In this document: positions 1-14,114 of the stretch, in pieces
How positions within the stretch are numbered: the stretch's first letter is position 1
Layout of the letters: every line of letters starts with the position of its first letter
DNA from: Flaccisagitta enflata
Lineage: Eukaryota
Direction of reading: 5' to 3'
Length of the DNA stretch: 64,000 bases
Assembly: GCA_965153355.1 (NCBI GenBank)
Contig: OZ231126.1
Location: 15,748,001 to 15,812,000 of the forward strand
Notes under the pieces: generated by a model
Databases searched by the model: none
What the model was told of the DNA's origin: nothing
What the model saw: only the letters and a program-made list of their open reading frames with translations
Translations under genes and position numbers: made by a program

Positions 1-1824
1 ATGGGGTGGGGGTAAGGTGGCCAAAGTGGCAAAAATCACCCCTGATGGAGTGATCGTAAAAAATGACAAAAATCAAAATTGTTGATTTTTTTGGCAAAAA
101 TACATCTCATTAAGTGGGATTCTGCAAAAAAAATTGGTATTATTTGGGTTTTTGGACAAAAAATGGCCAAGATGACAGTTTTGAGGTTGTTGTAATTTTA
201 ACTGAGAGAGACAAACACACACACATACAGAGACGCAGAAAGACAGACTATAGCTTTAATTCTCAAAAATCAGGTTGGTCTCATCTGAAAGATCTTTTGA
301 AAAGCTTTCAGAAGCTCATGAATTGTAATTGATTTGGTTGAAAAATGGTGCTACAGTGATCTTCCAAAGTACAGTAAAAAATGGAATTTTGTCATCATTT
401 GACCTGTCAACTTTGTTTGCTTATAACTTTTTATCCTTCAAAGCTAGTAAAACATGGTTGGTCTCATCTTAAAGATCTTTCAAAAATTTCTTAGAGGCTC
501 ATGAATTTTAATTCATTTGGCCTTTTTTACCAATTTCAGGAATATACAATCACTAAACCAATAAACACTGTGTAGTCATTTCCTGGCATTTTTTTCTTGA
601 TGATGAAATAAGTGAAATGCGATATTGAAACAGCTCATACTACTTAATATGTTAAGTCCTTCCATATAGAGACTAAATACCAAGTTTCAACGGAATTAGT
701 TGAAAACCCCTAACCCACGTCCAACACTCACACATACACAAAAAGTATCGTAAACGCTCGTTTTTCACTTTTAGGCTGGTAGGCTGGTTGGGCTGGTTGG
801 GGTGGTCCGATTAAAACATACGCATAGGCTGCATAGCGGCCTACCATATTACAACTTTCCTCTAAATATGAAGCAAATCGGTCAAGGCGTTCAAAAGTTA
901 GCTCATTTTCGAAAGTGTGGACAACGACGACAACGTTGACACAACACCCACCCGCCTCGAATTATAGTCCGAGTCAGAATGGTATTACGTCGCGGACAAA
1001 AACAAAACAAGTGACGCGAGGTCACAATATTGTTGCGAATGGGTGGGCAGGAGCATCCAACCCCCATCCACACCCCAACCCACGTCCAACACTCAAACAT
1101 ACACAAAAAGTATCGTAAACGCTCATTTTCAACTCGATCACCATGACGGACCGACGGACGGATGGACAGACAAAGCCTCTTATAGAGTTGCGTATCCGCA
1201 ACTAAAAATCAACCTAACAAATGTCAACCGCTGCATCAATAGACACGCTGTAAATTTTTGCGTCAGTTTTACGCCTTTCATTTACTCATATGTTTGATTC
1301 TTATGCAGTCAAGAAACAATCGCACGGTTTATTTTACAGCGTTTTTCAGCGTCGGAGTAAAAAAACTGTGAAACCAGATTTGGATTCCCCAGACATTATT
1401 TTACAAGGTAGTTCTGTTTACCACGATTTACCAAGCAATTTGGAGACACAAGCAATGATTTTCCAGCTATTACTCCTTTTTCTTTGTATTGAATCAAATT
1501 TCACGGGCAAAAAAAAACATGAAACTGGTCATTCCGATCAAAGATCTAGTGGAGTATCACTTAATATTTGCATATAAGATGAATTTCGAGCAAGGACTAT
1601 GATGTATATCGCGGTTTCAAAATTCTGACATTTTTTTTTCGCACCTAAATCTCCTTGATTTCCCACTTGCTTCTTGCCTACTTATAGGTCACTAAAACAC
1701 TGAAATAACTTTGAATTTTGGCGGAAGTTGCAAGCAAGAGCCTATTTTTGATGTATCGCGATTGCAAAAAAAATGGTGAAAATTGTGAAAAACCGTGGGT
1801 TGTAAAAAAGATTAAAGAAATCAC

Positions 1825-2457
1825 AACTATGGCAAAATAAAAAAAGACAGTAATTTTCAAAATGATATTGTGAGCTCATTTTTCAGAGCAGCTTTATAAT
1901 TTTTTAGACTATGATAGTTTGTCAAATTTGCTAGCTAGCAAAAAAAATCAGATCTTGAAAAAGTTGATTTTTGCCACAGCAGTTTTTTTCCACCGCTATG
2001 TTAAAAATAGGAGAACAGACACTTTCTCTATGGTTTCGGGTGGTCCTGCCCATGTAGAATCCATAGCAAAAAAATGCAAAATCTTTCCAGAAGCGCCTTT
2101 TTTTTAAATTCCATTTTTCTGGGGGTTGTTGGTACAGGCCACTTTCAGCCATTCAGATTGGATAAGGTAACTTCTTAAGCTCATATCTCCTCAACGAATT
2201 GAGCTTTTGACCTCAACTTGGGCTCATTTTAAAGAGAAGACACAGCTCTTTAAAATGAGCCCAAGTTGAGGTCATTAGCTCAATTCGTTTAGGAGCAGCA
2301 GTCTTGCAAAGTTGATGCTATTTTCATGATATTGGTAAAAACCCTTACAATTTTGAGAGCTCTTATCTCCTGAACAAATTGAACTTTTGACCTCAACTTG
2401 GGCTCATTATAAAGAGCAGGCACAGCTCTTTGAAATAAGCCCAAGTTGAGGTCAAAA
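1825..2457 (-). mobile_element. Shorter inverted copy of the 8160-9646 element
   Basis: Reverse complement matches ~8160-8830 joined to ~9500-9646; near-identical spurious ORFs 1931-2152(-) and 8654(+). Confidence 0.8.
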
Positions 2458-2584
2458 GCGGGGTGTAGAGTCGCGTAGCACGCGACTAAAAACAAATAAT
2501 TTGACTTTGTAAGCCGACTAAAAACTAATAATTTGACTTTGTGAGCAAGTCATGAAATTAGGCCCTCAGTTTCTGATTATATTT

Positions 2585-2767
2585 TTTTAGTCGCATGCAC
2601 GGGACTCTACAACCCGCTTTGTCCGTGGGTCGGTTGGTCTGTCACGTTTTACTTTTTTTATGATTTTATTTTTTTAACCCCACTGCTCCTGCCCAAATGC
2701 TCTAGTGACCTCAAATATGGCCCCTGCCCACCCACACGCGACTTCGGTAGCCGTGTATCCGGCCTTT
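2585..2767 (+). mobile_element. Helentron-associated (DINE-1/HINE-like) family A, representative copy
   Basis: Consensus: T-run | AGTCGCGTGCACGCGACT palindrome, (GTCG/GTCC)n, 3' subterminal GCACGCGACT, hairpin GCCGTGTATCCGGC, T-run. About 20 related copies (approx. 1010-1205, 2862-3015, 3560-3745, 4361-4515, 5085-6174, 7638-7792, 9700-9917, 14675-14880, 14965-15155, 18780-18945, 19538-19748, 20071-20288, 37052-37248, 40138-41008, 41455-41692, 41752-41982, 42787-42985, 61602-61735, 62699-62905). Confidence 0.75.
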
Positions 2768-4122
2768 TTCTTCATTCTATAACAGGCATTGTTTCCGTTA
2801 TCATCTTCTGTTTGTTTTTTTATTTGTTTTTCAATTTTGAAAGTTTCTTTTCCGTTCCTTATTTTTAGTCGCGGACACGCGACTCTACACCTTGACGTGT
2901 CGGTCGGTAGATCGGTAGGTCGGTCCATCCGTCACATTTTTGAATTCCGAGCGGTTTTCGCATCACGGCTCCTGCCCAACCGTCCGCGACTGGATTGCCG
3001 TGTATCCGGCCGGTTGTTTTGTATGTTTATTCTTTTGTATTTAATTACAGTTAAATCCCGCTGTAACGGATCTCAAGGGACCAACAAATTTTATGCGTTA
3101 TTGCCGGATTGCATTATTGCCAAAACGACTATTTTTGACTATCTTCTTTGCTATCTTCTGTGATAACTACTGGTCTTTCAAAAACTAATGAAAGCAGCCT
3201 TTTGCATTGCAGTAAAATGAAAGGCATTTTGAAAATGCAAAGATTTTGTGAACAACTAATGCAGACAGGTGAGCAGGGGCCCACAGCCCACAGCCCCCTC
3301 CCTCATCCCTCAACACATATCATTTAATATGCATCTTTAATCGCTTGTCAACTTGAGGGATAAAAGGTATGAACAGACTGAGGAACAATCTCAGAGTCAT
3401 GTCTCCAATTTAAGATTTTACATCAAACAAGCGTGCCTAGAAATTAAGATTTTCCCTTTCTTTGTGGCGGAAAACAGTTTTATGAAAGGCTTTAACCGTC
3501 TGTCCATTGGTCCGTTGGTCCATCAGTCCATCACGCTCAAGTTAAAATGTGACTTGGGGTTGCGGAAGGGTTGGCAGGGGCATCCGAACCCCATCCACAC
3601 TTCATGCCCCCCCACCAACACAACAAAAAACATATCTAAAACACTTATTTTTCACTTCTCAACTTTTGCATTACGACCAATGGGCCGACAGACGGACCAA
3701 CAGATGGACGGACAAAGCCTCTTATAGAGTTGCGTGACCCCAACCAAAAACGCGAAAAACGCGCATTTGCATTAGGCACGAAGACCAACTTTTTTTTCTC
3801 AAACCCAACTGGTCAGCTAAGTATTGACTTACATATTGTTTTCTGCTTGGATATATGAAGAGACAAAAAATATCTTCTGGGCCAGTAAGATTGTAGCAAC
3901 TTTGACGCACGTCGAAAGATTTTACAATTTAATGAATTTAAAACTTTCTTTTTTTGTTTGGTGAATCTCTTACCTTTCTGTGAACTGTAATCAGGGCTTT
4001 TAAACCTAATGTTATAGTGTAAATATAATTGTGTGGGTGAGTGTGTGTGGGGGGGTGTGGTGAGGTTGTGGGTTAGATTGCTCTGCCCATTTGTCTGCAA
4101 CAGTGTTGTGTTCCGTGTCATT

Positions 4123-4310
4123 TGTGTAAAAATTTATTGAGCCAATTGTCAGATGTTGCAAAATCATGGATTCCCATTCGCATATGCGAGGGCTTTTTCT
4201 TAAAACCACTGACTGCAACTTTTTGTTCACGCATAATGTTAAACCATTTAATCATAGCTTTTTCAAGTTCATGAAATGGGAATGTCCTTATGACTAGACA
4301 TGTGGGAAAT
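4123..4310 (-). pseudogene. Tigger/CENP-B-type HTH transposase fragment
   Basis: FHELEKAMIKWFNIMREQKVAVSG...DFATSDNWLNKF matches the HTH_Tnp_Tc5 pattern LE..L..WF...R......SG...F.AS.GWL..F. Confidence 0.75.
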
Positions 4311-4687
4311 GTGGATGTCCTTATGACTAGTCCCTGTTTGACTCGAATTCTCCACAAATATTTTTTAGTCGCGGACACACGACTCTACTCCTTGCCGTGT
4401 CGGTCCGTCCGTCCGTCCGTTGGTCGGTCGGTCACATTTTTGAATTCCAATCGGTTTTCGCATTACTGCTCCTGCCCAACCGTCTGCGACTGGACTGCCG
4501 TGTATCCAGCCTTGTTTAACTTCAAGGGTTGAGTGTGCTGGAGGCAATTTTGTATGAGTGGCATAATTCGACCTGGGAGTTTCTTCATTGCACCATATCG
4601 AAAATTTTAAATTCTCGTGGAAAAACGAATTTAAACGAGTCCAAAATGAAGATTGTAGTACCCATAAGATGGCTTTACATAAAGATC

Positions 4688-4905
<218 letters not shown>

Positions 4906-5084
4906 ACTTCCTTCGATTCAATTCAACTAATAACCTCTCAGCCCTGCCCATTGATGATTTCGCGCTTCTTTTGTCTCTCATCGACCACCGTCTGTTATTG
5001 GCGGAAAAACATAGGTCTGCGGACCGGCTCGTCCATGCGGTATTCTTGGATTCCTCCTTATAGTTGGATACGGTTATATTGGAA

Positions 5085-6174
5085 TTTTTAGTCGCGTGCA
5101 CGCGACTCTACAACCCGCTTTGTCCGTCGGTCGGTCGGTTGGTCGGTCCGTCACACTTTACTTTTTTTATCAATTTTATTTCTTTAAGTCATTTTTAGTC
5201 ATTCTAAGTCATTCTAAGTCATTCTAAGTCATTCTAAGTCATTTTAAGTCATTATTGTCATTTTAGTCAATGTAGTCCTTTTCATCATTTTTAGTCATTC
5301 TAAATCATTTTAGGTTATTTCAAGTCATTTCAAGTGATTTTAAGCCATTTCAAATAATTCTAAGGCATTTTAAGTCATTTCAGGACATTTTAAGTCATTA
5401 TTGTCATTTTAGTCAATATAATCCTTTTCATCATTTTATGTCATTATAAGTCATTATAAGTCATTATAAGTCATTATATGTCATTTTAAATCATTTTAAG
5501 TCATTTTAGTCATTTTTAGTCATTCTAAGTCCTCATCAGTCATTTTGATCATTTTAGTCAATATAGTCATTTCACTTTTTATTTACATAGTTATAGGTAA
5601 TTATAAGTCTATTTTGGGTAATCATTGGTAGTTATAGGTCATTATAGGTCATTATGCAATTATAGATATTCATAGGTTATTATAGGTAATCATAGGTCAT
5701 TATAGGTATTTATAGGTCATTATGTAATTATAGGTAATCATAGGTCATTATTGGTAATTTTAGGTTAGTATGTAATCATAGGTATGTGATTATAGGTCTT
5801 TATAGTTACTTATAGGTCCTTATTTAATTATGGGTGATTATAGGTAATTATAGGTACTTAAAGGTAATCATAGGTCATTATAGGTAAGTATAGGTCATAG
5901 TGTTATTATAGGTAATTATGGGTAATTATGGGTAATCATATGTCATCAAAGGTAATTATTGGTCTATATGTATTATGTAATCATAGGTAATCATAGGTCT
6001 TTATAGGTACTTATAGGTCATTATTTAATTTGGGTAATTATTGGTCATTATAGGCAATTAAAGGTCAATAGGTAATTATAGTCATTTTCATCATTACAGG
6101 AAATAACATACTTATAGAATTAGGCGATTATGTAATTAAGTCTCGCACGCGACTTATAGGTGTTGGCCTTGTTT
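5085..6174 (+). repeat. Family A copy with a ~950-bp internal 10-bp minisatellite
   Basis: Normal family A ends enclose a ~10-bp tandem array drifting from AGTCATTCTA / AGTCATTTTA to GGTCATTATA / GGTAATTATA. Confidence 0.85.
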
Positions 6175-6200
6175 TACAAAGCAAGTAAAGAGAAATGGTA

Positions 6201-6758
6201 CAGTAGATGTCGTCTAGACTTGGAAATACGGGGGAATTCATAACAGGAAGACAAATTTACTTAAGAGACTGATATTTGGAATATAGACTAATAAAAGGAT
6301 GCTTTGTTACCCATGGGTTGATTTTATGACATTTCATGTAGTAATAAAGTATGTTCTTTTTAGAAAAATTTTTGGGAACATTATTTGAACAAAATTTGTC
6401 TGCTTTTAATTCTCTCAGTATGTTCTGTAAGAATATTGCTTATTTAGCAGGTACTAGGGAACATAACTATGTGTGACAGCCCTGTGATGCTACTTAGCCA
6501 CCGCCAAACCAGCGATATTCTTACCGTACCTCATAAACCTATGTACAAATTTATTTTAAACACAATGTTCCCCAACATTAAAAGAGTGATACTTTGGCAG
6601 CTCATCTGTGGAAATGTGTTTCCATGTTAACCAACATGTATTTACAATAAAAGCGTCCCTTTTATCAGATATATTTTAAATATACTTTCTGCTCTTTATT
6701 ACGTAACATATGTGGAAATGAATTCCCCCGTATTTCCAAGTCTAGACGACATCTACTG
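6201..6758. mobile_element. Tc1/mariner/pogo-type MITE (family B)
   Basis: Perfect ~40-bp terminal inverted repeat (TIR) CAGTAGATGTCGTCTAGACTTGGAAATACGGGGGAATTCA flanked by TA. Related copies at ~13407-13950, ~31953-32186 and 42449-43138. Confidence 0.9.
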
Positions 6759-6850
6759 TAGGGACTTTCTCTTAGCACTTGTTATAGATGGATTTTTGTT
6801 ATTCTTGGACCGGTATAGCGGGGTTTAACTGTACTTCTTTTTCTTTTTTT

Positions 6851-7620
6851 TCTTGTTCTGGTATTTGTACCTGTGGCCAGCTTCATAGCTTCGCCTCTGG
6901 GTATATTCTGTTCCTTCTCCGCGACTTTTATGAGATTTGTAGAAACTCGTTGGTAAGATTTCGATCTGGATGTACCAAAGTTGACGCCAATATCAAGCGC
7001 CGCCTGCGTCAGATTTTTCACCGCTTCTGCAGCCAAACAGTGATGCGTCTTGCCGCGTCCGATTTCGCTGTGGCACTGACGGCAAACCTTAACTGTATCC
7101 TAAACTGTGGAAGGCGCCTCGACAACTGGCTGAAAGAGAAATATATTATATGAGAAAAAACAAACCAGGCCTTTTATTTACAACTATCACTTAATCCAGT
7201 TGGAGAAAAAAAGTGATAGGTAACTTTTTTTTCATTCTTGCCACCTCTACTTCAGGGTCATCATTCTTATTTCTCGGTAGATCAGTTTGGTCAGCCTTGT
7301 CTAGCTTTGCCTCCACAAACCGTGCCCTTTTGCATATGATGCAAGAACAAGGCATTGATTTTGATGGTGGACGGAATTCTTCAAAATTGATGCTATTCCA
7401 ACGATCACGGAGTCTCAGGGACGAATTGACCTTTCTTGGATGCATAAAGCCATTTGCGGCATTGTGAGCAAAAACCGCTTGGAAAGTAAACGTTGGTGAC
7501 AGATTATGATTTGGCGATTTCAGACTGGATGATGGATTCGATTGGAGAGTTGACCTTGAAGCATTGCAAATCCTTTTTGCCGCAGGTGGCGCATATGATG
7601 GCTTCCCAGAACTCATGTTT
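6851..7620 (-). pseudogene. Chapaev (CMC superfamily)-like transposase N-terminal fragment with an intron
   Basis: Minus strand reads KHEFWEAIICATCG (H-x7-C-x2-C-G)...FPSGFCSQCR, then a frameshift, RPPSKSMPCSCIICKRAR, and after an acceptor at ~7130 CRQCHSEIGRGKTHHC...NL. Two in-frame stops. Confidence 0.65.
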
Positions 7621-8159
7621 GTTATAAAATGAGAAATAACAAGGCCGGATACACGGCAATCTAGTCGCGGATGGTTGGGCAGGAGCAGTAATGCGAAAAC
7701 CGCTCGGAGTTCAAAAAATGTGACGGACGGACCAACCGATCTACCAACCGACCAACAGGGTAAGGTGTAGAGTCGTGTGTCCGCAACTAAAAATGAAGAA
7801 AAAAAGTTTCCAAAAATAAAACAAGCTTGACCAAGGCATGAGGAGTTTTCCAACCACTGCTCTGTTTTACTACGCTTTCTAATTTCTATATTTTTTTCAG
7901 AACGCTTTAGTTGTCCTTTTACTATCAAATGCCATTGGTGTCATGCTTCCTCTCATCAGCGGAGATAGATAACCACAAAGCACATCATGCTAGATTGCTT
8001 CTCACTGACAGAGGCCGAAGGGTTTTAATGGGCTCACGCACGCGTGTGTGTGTGTGTGCATGCGTGTGCGTGTGTATGCATGCGTGTATGTGTGTGCATG
8101 CTGTCTCATTTAGATGATGCAAGGAATCGAATGAACTTTTGAAGACTGCTGCTTCTAAA

Positions 8160-9646
8160 CGAATTGAGCTTTTGACCTCAACTTGGGCTTATATCGAAGA
8201 GCTGTGCCTGCTCTTTAAAATGACCCCAAGTTGAGGTCAAAAGTTCAATTTGTTCAGGAGATAAGAGCTCTCAAAATTGTAATAGTTTTTGCTATTATAC
8301 CTCAAATGATAAACTTTAAAAGACCGTCACTCCTTAACGAATTGAGATTTTGACCTCAACTTGGGCTCATTTTAAAGAACTGTGTCTGCTCATGCATATG
8401 AGCCCAAGGTAAGATCAAAAGCTCAGTAAGTTCAGAATAAACGTCGTGGTGCAGAACAGCGTCAAATTTGCCAATATCATGAAAATGGCATCAACTTTGG
8501 AAGACTGCTGCTCCTAAACAGATTGAGCTAATGACCTCAACTTGGGCTCATTTTAAAGAGCTGTGTCTTCTCTTTAAAATAAGCCCAAGTTGAGGTCAAA
8601 AGCTCAATTTGTTGAGGAGATATGAGCTTAAGAAGTTACCTTATCCAATCTGAATGGCTGAAAGTGGCCTGTACCAACAACCCCCAGAAAAATGGAATTT
8701 AAAAAAAAGGCGCTCCTGGAAAGATTTTGCATTTTTTTGCTATGGATTCTACATGGGCAGGACCACTCGAAACCATAGAGAAAGTGTCTGTTCTCCTATT
8801 TTTAACATAGCGGTGGAAAAAAACTGCTGTGTTGCGCCCATAGCATTGATTTTTGCAAAATTTGTCCATCAAACAATCGCCGAGTTGGTTTCAGTTTCAG
8901 TTCAGATCTAACTTTGAAAATTAACCGTGAGCTCAATTTTTAGAGCAAGATCAAACTTTTTGAGATGGTAATAGCATGTCAAATTTCTGACACAGTGAAA
9001 AAATCAGAACTCAAAAAAGTTTATTTTTGTAGCTGCAATATCAATTTTTGTAAAATCAGTTCAAGTTGGATGGTCAAATTAAAAAAACATTTATCTAGAG
9101 ATGATTTCAAATGTTCATTTTTTTTAGTAGCTTCACATTTTTTTGAGGTGGCGATAGTATGACAAATTTTTGACACAGCAAAAAAAATCAGAACTCAAAA
9201 AAGTCTATTTTTGCACCGGTATCATCAATTTTTGTGAATAGACCTCCAGTAGAAAATTTAGTATTGATATCCAGTTTTGACAGATTTTACAAAAAATTGA
9301 TGTAGAAGGTACAAAAATACACTTTTGAATTCTGATTTTTTTGCTGTGTCAGAAATTTGACCTGCAATCACCATCTAAGAAATATTGATTTTGTTCTAAA
9401 AGTTGAGCTCACAGTAAATTTTCAAAGTTAGATCTGAACTGAAACTTATTCGGCGATGACTCAATTGACAAATTTTGCAGAACTCAATGCTACGGGCGCA
9501 AAAATAAACTTTTTCAAGGTCTGATTTCTTTACCAGGTAGCAAATTTGACACACTATCATAGTCTAAAAAATCATAAAGCTGCTCTGAAAAATTAGCTCA
9601 CAATATTATTTTGAAAATAACTGTCTTTTTTTATTTTGCCATAGTT
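8160..9646 (+). mobile_element. Hairpin-rich foldback element (long copy)
   Basis: Multiple GACCTCAACTTGGG...CCCAAGTTGAGGTC hairpins and a ~670-bp imperfect palindrome at 8832-9500; a shorter inverted copy at ~1825-2457. Confidence 0.75.
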
Positions 9647-12600
9647 AACTCAGTTAAAAATCAACATAGACACCTCTGGTTGGTGCCATTTGAAAGACAA
9701 CCAGGCCGGATACACGGCTGCCCTAGTCGCGTGCGGGTGGGCAGGGGCCATAATTGAGGTCAGCGGAGCATTTGGGCAGGAGCAGCATGGCCAAGAACCC
9801 CATAGACGCAGAAAAAGTAAAGTGTGACTGACCATCGGACAGACGGATGGACCGACGGACCAACGGACCGACGGACCGACAAAGCGGGGTGTAGAGTTGC
9901 GTAGCACGCAACTAAAAATTAGCTTTACTAGCTACAAATTTAAAAAAAAATGTGAACTCTTGTTCAAAAATAGCAAGACTTCCTCAAATTACCAAAAATT
10001 TATGATAGAAAACTTTTTTTTACCCCACAGAGTCAAACTACATATGTACATTGTTGGAATTTTTTTCCTAATTAAAAGACAAATCAACATACTCCAGTAA
10101 GGGGACTCTTAGGCATGTTGTCACCCTAGAACAAGATTCATGTATGAGCAAAATGTTGTGAAAACCCATAAGCATGAAAAATCCCATCTTCAATTTGATG
10201 CCAAAATACACTTATTGCCAGTGGTCCAGTACAGCAATATTGTACTTTGGAACTCAATTTGAAGCCTTTAAGGACTAATTTGAGGTTTAATGGGAATGAT
10301 TTTAGGTATGGAAGGCTTGAAAGAGTTGATATCAGGCCAGAGAGAATTATTTCAACTAACAAAAGAGCTGATTTAGGGCTTCATAGCGGCTAGCGCTGAT
10401 TTGAGGACATTAAGATAGTCAGCAAAACCTGCTGCTTTGTAGGCAACAGTCTTGAAGGGGACCAAGTTCTGTAGATTACACATACGTAAAAGTTCTGTAG
10501 ATTACAAATACGTAAAAGGTGTCCTACAAGGCCAAGGTGCTTTGAAGGGCTGATTGAAGTACCAAGATGGTAACTGATGTAAAGCTTTTGAGAGTTGATT
10601 CAGGATCTTAGGGCTGATTTTTTGACTGAGAAGGTTGGTTGAGACATGACAGGCTAAGTTCAGGCTTCAGATTCAGTTTAAGGCTATCAATCACTATTTA
10701 TAATAGGGCTTATTTAGGATATGAGAATTCCCGCCCCCCCCTATATTCTTAATTTTGGCTTTGAATGGCTAATTTGAAGCCTGACAGAGCTGGTTTGAAG
10801 CTCAAAATAGCTTTATCTAGGTATGGGAAAACTGATTTGTGCTAATTTTAGGCCTGAAATGTTGATTTGAAGCATGGAATTACATATTACTGATTACACA
10901 TATTGCCGTACGGCAAGTGGTTGAAGCCTGGAAGTGGGGGACTACATAACGAATGAAGGATCAAAAACACAAATGAAAGCCTCCGTTTTCAAAAGGACTG
11001 TGTCCCCGTCATAGCATCTTCCCTTCCCCCCCCCCAAAAAAAAAAGAAAAATTGTGTCTATCGCAATGGGGAAATCTACCCATCCTTCTTTTCTTGGGTC
11101 TCTACAAACTGGATATGGGTCTCAGGGGCTTGAAAATTAATGTGGAGGTTAGGACTTGTGCATAGCAGGCCAGGACCTGATTAACTGAAATCCGGATCTG
11201 GGTGGTGGATCTGGGTGGTGGTGGTTGAGACCCAGAGGGCCAGAAGCTTAGATATTGATATGGAAAGCTAATCAGTAGAATCACATGTCAATGAAGAAAT
11301 GGAAAAAATCGATGAATGGCCTTCTTATCAAGACTTCACTATTCTACCAGTAGTTAGCTCTGTCAAAGTGCACAAATCCTGTTGTCAGCTTTTGCATTTT
11401 TTCATTTGAGTCCAATCTGGCATCTGTAGCTCAAACCGTTTAGACAGGAGAATGATTTGAAGAAAAACTTCCAGGTTACTGGTAAAAATTCTGTGAAATG
11501 GGAAAGTTTGACCAGAGTACAATTCATTCCTTTGCCAATCAAGATTATTCTTATGAAAAACGGCACATTCTAACATCTAGTAGAACTAATCAGGAGGCTA
11601 TACCTCAAATTTGGTATTACTGGGCCATCAAGAAGTGTGGTTTTTGTGCTTTTATGTTTTTACCATATTTTTTGCACATCCTGTTAAAAACATGCACCTT
11701 GAGAGCGGGGGGGGGGAGGGGGGGGCTATTAGTAGGATAAAACCTGGGGGAAATCCAAACATGAGAGCCACATGTATGTTAAAATGAGTTTTGACTTTGT
11801 GCAACAATATTTATAATCGAGGTCCCCTCGAGTTTCCAATATATGTTCTATATGGGACAGAATAGTGTCTGTTTTTGTTGAAGATTTTCTGGTACTATTT
11901 TCAAATTTGGAGAGGTCTTTTGCTTTACTGACTGTCAATTCAGCCTTACTAGGCACCAAACCACCTAAATACAGAGGTGTATATCAGACATTCTTTTATG
12001 CCCCCAAATTCAGTGGACCGGTTCGCGATCAAATTGGTACTTTGTGGTATTAAAAAGCAATTTCAGGTCTTGTTTAGGATTTTCTTCCTTTCCTGGAGTG
12101 ACGGTTTTGGTTTTACTATCATGGTTAATAAGTGGTTGTTGGGAAAATGCCCAATTTTGGCCTCAAATTAAGGCCACTTTGCCTTTGAAATCGAACCTAA
12201 AATCCACGAGAAAATTAAACGAGCTCAAGAGCTAACCAATGGTGCAATCTGCATTTTTTTATCATTTTTTGTTTAGATTTGAGAGAGTTTTAAAGATGGG
12301 GCTTGAGTGGGTTTTTTTGCAGCATGAAATCTGGAGGTAGTTTGGACATTTTTCATTATACTGCAGCCTTGGATTGACGAATCTCTAAAAAATTGGTGAC
12401 CAAATTGAAGAGTTTTTGATGTTCTAACTGATTCTGGAAAATTTTTTGATCGATATGGACCCAGAAAAAATTTGTTTACTCTCAAAGCAGGTGGAAAAAG
12501 TCAAATTCTAATGTCATTAAGGCTATTTCTCTTTGAAAAATTAGGCCACTTCCAAACTGAAAACTGACTTAAAATTCATGAGCAAATCAAACTACTGCTC

Positions 12601-14114
12601 AAGAGCTATTCAGTGGTGCAATTGGCATGTTTTGAGGTTGCTGAGAAGTCGTAATGCCGTTGTTTCCAAGCTTACCAATCATTTCATCTCTGAACAGAAT
12701 GAGGATGACTAAACCTTATCAGTAGTTTATAGCACTTAGTATAGTCTGTATGTATGTTGGTATGCTTCTGTCATATTCTGACGAATAAAAGATCATTCAT
12801 ATAGATTTTACAGAACTTCAAAGATACAAGGGTATGGTCAAATGATGATTTTTCGTACCCCTGTATCCTTGAAGTTCTGAAAAAATTGAACTGAAAAAAA
12901 ATGAACTGAAAACTGAACATGCCGATTGCACCACTGATTAGCTCTTGAGCAGCAGTTTGATTTGCTCATGAATTTTAAGTCAATTTTCAATTTAGAAGTG
13001 GCCTAATTTTTCAAAAAGAAATAGCCTAAAAGATATTAAAATTTGACTTTTTTCACCTGCTTTGAGAGTACATAAGATTTTTCTGAGGCCATATCGATCA
13101 AAAATTTTTCCGGAATCAGTTGGAGCATCAAAAACTCTTCAATTTGGTCACTAATTCAAGGCTGCGATATAGTTAAAAACATGAAAATTGTCAAATTTTC
13201 CCCTAAATTTCATGATGCAAAAAAACGCTCACAAGCCCCATCTTTGAAACCCTCTAAAATCTAGTGATGTGGAAGCGCCAGATTTTTGGACCGCTTCCAC
13301 TTCCGCTTCCATTTTCAAAATTTTTGTTGAATCCGCTTCCACTTCCTCTTCCATTACAAAATTTTTTAAAGCTTCCTTCCTTCCTTCTATTTCAAAATTT
13401 TTTAAGCAGTAGATGTCATCTAGACTTGGAAATCTGGGGGAATTCATTACAGGAAGACAAATAAAGTTAAGAGAGTTATATTTGGAATATAAACTAATAA
13501 AAGGATGCTTTATTGCCCATGGGTGTTGGTTGCCATGGAAACACATTTCCATGTATTTAAACTAAAGTATTAATATTTTCTGAGGGAACATTGTTTAGAA
13601 ATAGAATTTGCTACAACTTTCCCACAGTATGTTCTGTAAGAATATAAGCTGGTTTGGTTTGCTAGGGAGCATCACAGGGCTGTCACATAGTTACGCTCCC
13701 TAGCAATGGCTAAACGGGCGACGTTCTTACAGAGCACATACTGTTGAAAAGATAATGACAAGTCTATTCCTAGAGCAATGTTTAAAATTTCTCAAAATGT
13801 GATACTGCATGATATATGAGTAATGCCATGACAACCAACACCCATGGAGCAACAAGCATACTTTTTATTAGTCTATATTTCAAATATCAGTCTCTTAAGT
13901 AAATTGTCTTCCTGTAATAATTGTCTTCAGTCTTAAACATTTTATCTACTATTCCTCTAAACTAACTTCCATTTCAATTTTTTTTCCGCTTCCTTCGCTT
14001 CCATTACCATCCACTATATAAAGCCTATATTTCATCTTATCTTATAACATAGAAGAATTTCAATTTTACATGGTGTTTCATGCCAAAATAGATATAAGAA
14101 AACGATGCCATTCT

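Noticed and set aside
7191..7928. 245-aa ORF as an intact gene
   Set aside because: Chimeric: crosses a family A repeat and only its last part is in the transposase frame.
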